A stretch of 64,000 nucleotides of DNA from an uncultured virus (IMG/VR IMGVR_UViG_3300006120_000018). Its lineage: Duplodnaviria; Heunggongvirae; Uroviricota; Caudoviricetes. Each line of letters starts with the position of its first letter. Position 1 is the first letter of the stretch. The DNA lies in IMG/VR virus record IMGVR_UViG_3300006120_000018; one strand, given 5' to 3'. A program made the translations under genes and the position numbers. The notes below the pieces were generated by a model. That model did not search any database and was not told the DNA's origin. It saw only the letters and a program-made list of their open reading frames with translations. Positions 59,200 through 64,000 of this stretch are shown piece after piece.

Positions 59200-60168
59200 A
59201 TGGGCGGATCAGCATTAAAAAATACTTACACACGTAGATACTCTGCGGAAGAATTTCATACATTAAAATCAGAAATACACACTCTGATAGATAGTGTGTT
59301 TGCTCGGTCATATATCTTCGAGTCATGGAAAAACAAGGAAAGTTTTGGTGACCTGGATTGTTTAGTTCAATTACATCCAAATTTCAACATTAAAGAATTT
59401 ATCATCAATACCTTTCATCCAAATGAGATATTCCATAATGGTAATTGTTATTCCTTTGATTATAAAGAATTTCAAATAGATTTTATTATATGTAGTGAAA
59501 AATATTGGGAAACGTCTATTGTATATCTAAAATATGGAGATTTGGGGAACTTTATGGGGAGAATCTCTAAAGCAATATTTGGATTAAAATATGGTCATGA
59601 TGGATTATCCTTTTCTTTAATAGCAGAAACTTCTAATCAGGTATATGAAACTATTAATATAAGCACAAATTCCCAAGATATTTTCAAATTTTTAGGTTTT
59701 GATTGGGATGTGTTTTGTAAGGGATTTGATATGATGGAAGATATTTTTGAATATGTTAAAACATCAAAATATTTCAATGCTAAACTATTTGATTTTGAAG
59801 AGTTAAATCATATTAATAGAACAAGGAACCGAAAAAGAGATGGTTATTGCAAATTTTTGGAATATATCAAAGATTTACCAAAAGTAGAAATTGCTAGGCC
59901 GAAAATTATAGATACGTTAAATTATATACAAGAAGGATTTGAAATATCTTTATATGAATATTACTATAAAACTCTAAAAAACATAAAGAATAAACAAATT
60001 GCAAGAAAACGTGTTGTTCAAATTGTAAGAGATGCAGGATATGAACAAAAAGCATTAGGAGAAGTTATGTCAAAATTAAATACATGGATAAATGAAAACA
60101 CAATTCAAATATGTAATGAAGATGTTAACAAATTAATTCAAACAATTCACCAAAAAATACAAATATGA
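59200..60168 (+). CDS. Pol-beta-like nucleotidyltransferase
   Basis: MGGSAL, KESFGDLDCLV (DxD), FQIDFI, GLKYGHDGL. Confidence 0.65.
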   Translation: MGGSALKNTYTRRYSAEEFHTLKSEIHTLIDSVFARSYIFESWKNKESFGDLDCLVQLHPNFNIKEFIINTFHPNEIFHNGNCYSFDYKEFQIDFIICSEKYWETSIVYLKYGDLGNFMGRISKAIFGLKYGHDGLSFSLIAETSNQVYETINISTNSQDIFKFLGFDWDVFCKGFDMMEDIFEYVKTSKYFNAKLFDFEELNHINRTRNRKRDGYCKFLEYIKDLPKVEIARPKIIDTLNYIQEGFEISLYEYYYKTLKNIKNKQIARKRVVQIVRDAGYEQKALGEVMSKLNTWINENTIQICNEDVNKLIQTIHQKIQI

Positions 60169-60416
60169 CAGAAGAAAACCGATTTGATAATTTAATTAAG
60201 AATATTGTATATAGAAATGTTACAGTAGTTATAATAAATGATCCAGATAATTGTATGTTATATGGGTTTCCAGTATTAGATGTTATTACCGCAATTGAAG
60301 AATATAACGGAGCAAAAGTTATGAGCCGACACCCGAACTTTTTTAGAGTTCACTACGCAAAAAATTATGAAAACAACAAACAAAAAAGAAAAGATTACCA
60401 CCAAAACCACAAATAA
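60165..60416 (+). CDS. Hypothetical protein
   Basis: 83-aa ORF with ATGA overlap to the upstream gene. Confidence 0.4.
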   Translation: MTEENRFDNLIKNIVYRNVTVVIINDPDNCMLYGFPVLDVITAIEEYNGAKVMSRHPNFFRVHYAKNYENNKQKRKDYHQNHK

Positions 60417-61083
60417 AAAGAAAACACCAAAGAAGATAATTTATGATTTCTTTGTTCTTGATAGGAGTGGTTCGATGCAAAGAATTAAAGACTCTACAAT
60501 CACTGGCGTTAATGAATACCTGAATACTGCTAGAAATGATGCAAAGAAAACTAAAATTAAAACGTATTTTTCTTTATTAACTTTCGATAATGAATTTGAT
60601 GTGGTATATGATTATGTTGATATTTTAAAGGTTGAAAATTTAACAGACAAAGATTTCATCCCTAGAAATAATACGGCTTTGCGAGATGCGACAGGTAGAG
60701 CAATAACATCTTTGCAAAACAAGTTGAAAGGCAAAGAAAACGATGAAAATATTGATGTAACAATTACAATTTTCACGGATGGATATGAAAACGCATCAAC
60801 AGAATATACACATGAAACTATTGCCGAACTTATTAAAAAGGTTCAAGATGAATATAAATGGACAGTTGTATATATTGGCGCAGGAAACAAACAAAAAGTA
60901 TTATCTATAGCAAAAGGAATGAACATTAATATTACTAATACTTCTTCGTATACTGCAAATTCTGAGGATATGAAGAATATGATGCATACCAATAGCATTT
61001 CTAGAAGCACGAAAACTATGAACTTTGCAGCAGATATCAAATCAACTGTTGGATATTTCGTTGATCCTACTACAAAAGTTTAA
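60367..61083 (+). CDS. von Willebrand factor A domain protein
   Basis: MIDAS motif DRSGS, NTALRDA, IFTDGYENAS, YIGA. Confidence 0.85.
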   Translation: MKTTNKKEKITTKTTNKKKTPKKIIYDFFVLDRSGSMQRIKDSTITGVNEYLNTARNDAKKTKIKTYFSLLTFDNEFDVVYDYVDILKVENLTDKDFIPRNNTALRDATGRAITSLQNKLKGKENDENIDVTITIFTDGYENASTEYTHETIAELIKKVQDEYKWTVVYIGAGNKQKVLSIAKGMNINITNTSSYTANSEDMKNMMHTNSISRSTKTMNFAADIKSTVGYFVDPTTKV

Positions 61084-61099
61084 AATTAAATCATAACAA

Positions 61100-61140
61100 A
61101 AAATAAAGCCGTTAGAACCAAAATCTAACGGCTTTATTTT
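61100..61140. terminator. Rho-independent terminator
   Basis: AAAATAAAGCCGTTAGA-N7-TCTAACGGCTTTATTTT. Confidence 0.8.
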
Positions 61141-61163
61141 ATTCAATTTCCATAAATATTAAT

Positions 61164-61370
61164 ATGGAATTCTCTACTACAAATTCGAAATATTATAGTG
61201 AGATATATGATTATCTATTAGAAAAGGTAGAAACATCTTCCAGTAACAATTACGAATATTTGCTAGGACAAGTTCAATTTGCGTATGCTTTAGCTATAAT
61301 TGAAGATAAAACTAGAAAGAAATTATGTAGAATTTTAGAAAAACGAAAGAACATCCAATTAAATAGTTAA
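61164..61370 (+). CDS. Small hypothetical late protein
   Basis: TAAATA 5 nt upstream. Confidence 0.5.
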   Translation: MEFSTTNSKYYSEIYDYLLEKVETSSSNNYEYLLGQVQFAYALAIIEDKTRKKLCRILEKRKNIQLNS

Positions 61371-61371
61371 T

Positions 61372-61599
61372 ATGCCACTCAAAAAAGGAAAATCTAAAAA
61401 GACTATCAGCAAAAATATTGGTGAATTAGTGAAAACATATAAAGAAACTGGTAAGATTGGAAATACCAAACCTAAATCCAAAAAGAAAGCGGCACAGATA
61501 GCAGCAGCAATTGCATACAGCAAAGCAAAAAACGAAGGTATGATTTTTTCAGATATGGTATTAAATATACTATCTGAAAATGATAAATTAAATAATTAA
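61372..61599 (+). CDS. Small basic phage protein (MPLKKGKS family)
   Basis: MPLKKGKSKKTISKNIGEL..QIAAAIAYSKA. Confidence 0.65.
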   Translation: MPLKKGKSKKTISKNIGELVKTYKETGKIGNTKPKSKKKAAQIAAAIAYSKAKNEGMIFSDMVLNILSENDKLNN

Positions 61600-61603
61600 A
61601 TGT

Positions 61604-62080
61604 TTATCTAATCCATTTAGATAAATCCTCTGCTTTATCTAACGGAATATTCTCAAGCTGCTTTGTAACTTGAGATTCTATATCATCATGCCATAAAACG
61701 CAAGTAGCTTCTTCAATAGAAAATAAATCTTTTGAACTACTAGGATTTGGATTCACCAATGCATTTAATTGTTTTTCTTGGCATTGCAATCTTTTTTTGT
61801 TTTTGTTCCATATCTCCACAGTATCAGGAGTATATAAATAGGCAATTTTAAACATTCTTATGAAATTTTTAAATCTTGTTATTGGAGTAGATTTTGTTTT
61901 AGGATGATAAAACCTAGGACCAACCATTATAATCCCAAAATCAAATGGATTATAATTTAGTGAAATGTCTTTATTGCCTAATGTGAAATTTATAGCATTT
62001 TTTATACGATCTATGACAGTATATTTATAAGCTTTATCGGGGTTTGTTACTGCGGTGAAGTCTATTTCTTTATTATACAT
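61604..62080 (-). CDS. Hypothetical protein
   Basis: 158-aa ORF; partial similarity to its upstream neighbour. Confidence 0.55.
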   Translation of the reverse strand: MYNKEIDFTAVTNPDKAYKYTVIDRIKNAINFTLGNKDISLNYNPFDFGIIMVGPRFYHPKTKSTPITRFKNFIRMFKIAYLYTPDTVEIWNKNKKRLQCQEKQLNALVNPNPSSSKDLFSIEEATCVLWHDDIESQVTKQLENIPLDKAEDLSKWIR

Positions 62081-62426
62081 GATATTTATCTCCTACGATT
62101 CTGATATTTTCTAATGGAAGGTTTTTTAATTTTTCTTCTATATTTTTAATAGAAAATACATCATTACCTACCTTATATGATGTATCTACTGATGTATCTG
62201 TAATAATACCACGTTTAACTTTGTCGGTAATATCATTAGTTGTGATGATACTCAATTTTTCTAAATATTCACAATATCTGTTATGTGTGTGTATATTATC
62301 AGGAACTTTATTATATCCATAAATCATTCCTTTTATTCCATATTGCATTGCTTGTTTTACTCGATCAATTATACTAAATTTGTGTTTCTTCATATTTTTA
62401 TTTATATCTTTTATGTTATTTTTCAA
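62073..62426 (-). CDS. Hypothetical protein
   Basis: 117-aa ORF. Confidence 0.55.
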   Translation of the reverse strand: MKNNIKDINKNMKKHKFSIIDRVKQAMQYGIKGMIYGYNKVPDNIHTHNRYCEYLEKLSIITTNDITDKVKRGIITDTSVDTSYKVGNDVFSIKNIEEKLKNLPLENIRIVGDKYHV

Positions 62427-62462
62427 CTAGATCGTGAAAAATTCCCTTCCATCCACATTTAC

Positions 62463-62511
62463 AATATTGAGGTAAGAAAGCCCACTGATCTTCAGTCAGT
62501 GGGTAGTTCAC
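62463..62511 (+). mobile_element. 49-bp non-autonomous IS200/IS605 derivative (left end fused to right end)
   Basis: TTAC|aatattGAGGTAAGAAAGCCCACTGATCTTCAGTCAGTGGG-TAGTTCAC: near-identical to the LE at 28629 and ending with the RE tail at 30336-30343. Confidence 0.85.
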
Positions 62512-63179
62512 CATAATGTATAATCCGTTATGTTTTTTGTGTCTCCCGTTACCTTATTTAGAATTTCGGTTGACATTCCTATTCCATTAAGTTCAAATTG
62601 AAACTTAAAATTTATATCACCAAAAGTTTTATTGTATTTCTCACATTGTTCTTTTTTAAATTTTAAAAAGGCGTTCACTTCGGTATCCGATAATTTAAAA
62701 TTGTATGGGTGAAGAATCGGAAGTTCCTTTGTATTTAATGTTATACCCTTTTTGTCCGTGCTTCCAAATCCTTTTTCGCCACGATTTGTTAGTTCCAATT
62801 CTTCAACTTCTTCAAATTCTGCATCATAGTGTTTCTCAAATATTATTTGTGCAATTTTATCTCCTTTTTTAACTCCTAATGTTTTATTATTATCAGTGTT
62901 TAATAATATTGCACCTATATCTCCAGTATAATCTGAATCGATAACCCCTGCAAGCACCGAAATTCCAACTTTATATGCTAATCCACTTCTTCCTGCTATC
63001 CGTCCATAATATCCTTTTGGGAGTTTTAATGATATATTGGTTTTGAATAGATGTCTTTCCCCTGTATCTAGTATATAATCCTCTGTAGAGTAAAGATCAT
63101 ATCCTGCTGCATGATCCGTACCTTTAGTTGGAATGATTGCAAGGTCGCTTAATTTTTTGACTTGTATTTTAAGATTCAT
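62508..63179 (-). CDS. dut: Trimeric dUTPase with an extra ~80-aa C-terminal domain
   Basis: AAGYDL, GRSGLA, GVIDSDYTG, KIAQII, RGEKGFGST. Confidence 0.92.
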   Translation of the reverse strand: MNLKIQVKKLSDLAIIPTKGTDHAAGYDLYSTEDYILDTGERHLFKTNISLKLPKGYYGRIAGRSGLAYKVGISVLAGVIDSDYTGDIGAILLNTDNNKTLGVKKGDKIAQIIFEKHYDAEFEEVEELELTNRGEKGFGSTDKKGITLNTKELPILHPYNFKLSDTEVNAFLKFKKEQCEKYNKTFGDINFKFQFELNGIGMSTEILNKVTGDTKNITDYTLW

Positions 63180-63214
63180 TGTTATATTTTAACATAAAAT
63201 CTTGAAATATCAAA

Positions 63215-64000
63215 TTATGATAAGAATTTTCTATAAAGGTTATCAAATTTACTGATAGATTCTGGTATTTCGGATTTTGTTTCTCTAGTTGCAAATTCGT
63301 TAATATGATCAATAATAATGGATGCAGTATCTTTAATTGCAGATTCGTGTTGTGTGATATGTTCAGGATCGATTTTCCATAATGCCATATATTTGTGTGT
63401 ATGTTCCGCTGGTAAATCAAATTCCCTTAATACTACATTAGCAACTCCTTCTGCTTGTAATTCTTTAACTAGTGAGGATAATGATGCTCTATCTTCTTTA
63501 CTATGCATTAATTCATGAGCAATTTCATGTATCATTGTAGATATATTTTCTTGTAATAATGCAATACTTCCTCCCATGCTTACTCCTCTAGCTCCTGGGT
63601 GACCAACATTACCAATTTCTACTTTAATGTTTTTGGATTTTGCTAAATCTAATAATGCATCAAATATGACTTTGGTTTTTTCATTGGTATTTTCATCGCT
63701 ATACCATTTTGGAGTTTCTGGTATTTCCTTTGCTTTTCCCTCGATTGGTTCCGTTTGTGAAATGTCAAATACTGGAACTAATTTAAATTTAGCATAGTTT
63801 CTTAGATCATTGCTAGTTTGAGGTTGTGGATCAGTATCTTCTAATTCTTCTTTATCTTTTTTCTTGCTGATTGGGATGTAGATGTATATTCCTTTTTCTC
63901 CAGCTTTGAGTCTTCTTCCAAATTCTGTTTCCCACTGTTTTCTGCCTTTGATATGAGTTGCATCAGGCTTTTGCATGAAAATTAAAATTGTATTATATAA
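63215..64000 (-). CDS. ArdC-like protein (ssDNA-binding N-domain plus zincin HExxH), 5' end off the window
   Basis: Frame open to 64000 (LYNTILIFMQKPDAT); W...GR.LK.GEKGI.I..P; FKLVPVFDISQTE; HEIAHELMH; KELQAEGVA. Confidence 0.75.
   Translation of the reverse strand, partial: LYNTILIFMQKPDATHIKGRKQWETEFGRRLKAGEKGIYIYIPISKKKDKEELEDTDPQPQTSNDLRNYAKFKLVPVFDISQTEPIEGKAKEIPETPKWYSDENTNEKTKVIFDALLDLAKSKNIKVEIGNVGHPGARGVSMGGSIALLQENISTMIHEIAHELMHSKEDRASLSSLVKELQAEGVANVVLREFDLPAEHTHKYMALWKIDPEHITQHESAIKDTASIIIDHINEFATRETKSEIPESISKFDNLYRKFLS

Noticed and set aside
1..64000. Alternative genetic code (stop-codon reassignment)
   Set aside because: Core genes are full-length in code 11 and end in TAA, TAG or TGA; the terL break is explained by the split intein
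1..64000. tRNA or rRNA genes
   Set aside because: Intergenic gaps are short and AT-rich and no cloverleaf or T-loop signature was seen by eye; tRNAscan-SE would be needed to exclude them formally

Overview
An AT-rich 64-kb segment of a large T4-like (Tevenvirinae-style) myovirus genome in the standard genetic code. From left to right it holds: a tail/baseplate block (tape-measure-like protein, gp26-like hubs, tube gp19, sheath gp18, gp3); a large terminase gene fractured into two ORFs that are rejoined by an atypical split intein, with a free-standing endonuclease between them; a replication/recombination block (gp45, gp32, DHH nuclease, gp41, UvsX, and a family-B polymerase with two inteins plus an apparent intein remnant); an intact IS200/IS605 element (tnpA+tnpB) beside a thyA remnant; gp46 and gp47 separated by a 12-gene glycosyltransferase island; a late sigma factor gp55 carrying an intein; UvsW and UvsY; and, after a switch in predominant strand near 45 kb, an accessory region. 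That region contains primase, gp4, a GH75-like enzyme next to a candidate unimolecular spanin, dUTPase, an ArdC-like protein, and many small late genes sharing a capsid-targeting-like peptide. Two recurring promoter motifs sit so close to start codons that many mRNAs look leaderless. I saw no tRNA, rRNA or CRISPR array. All homology calls come from motif recognition by eye, not from database searches.
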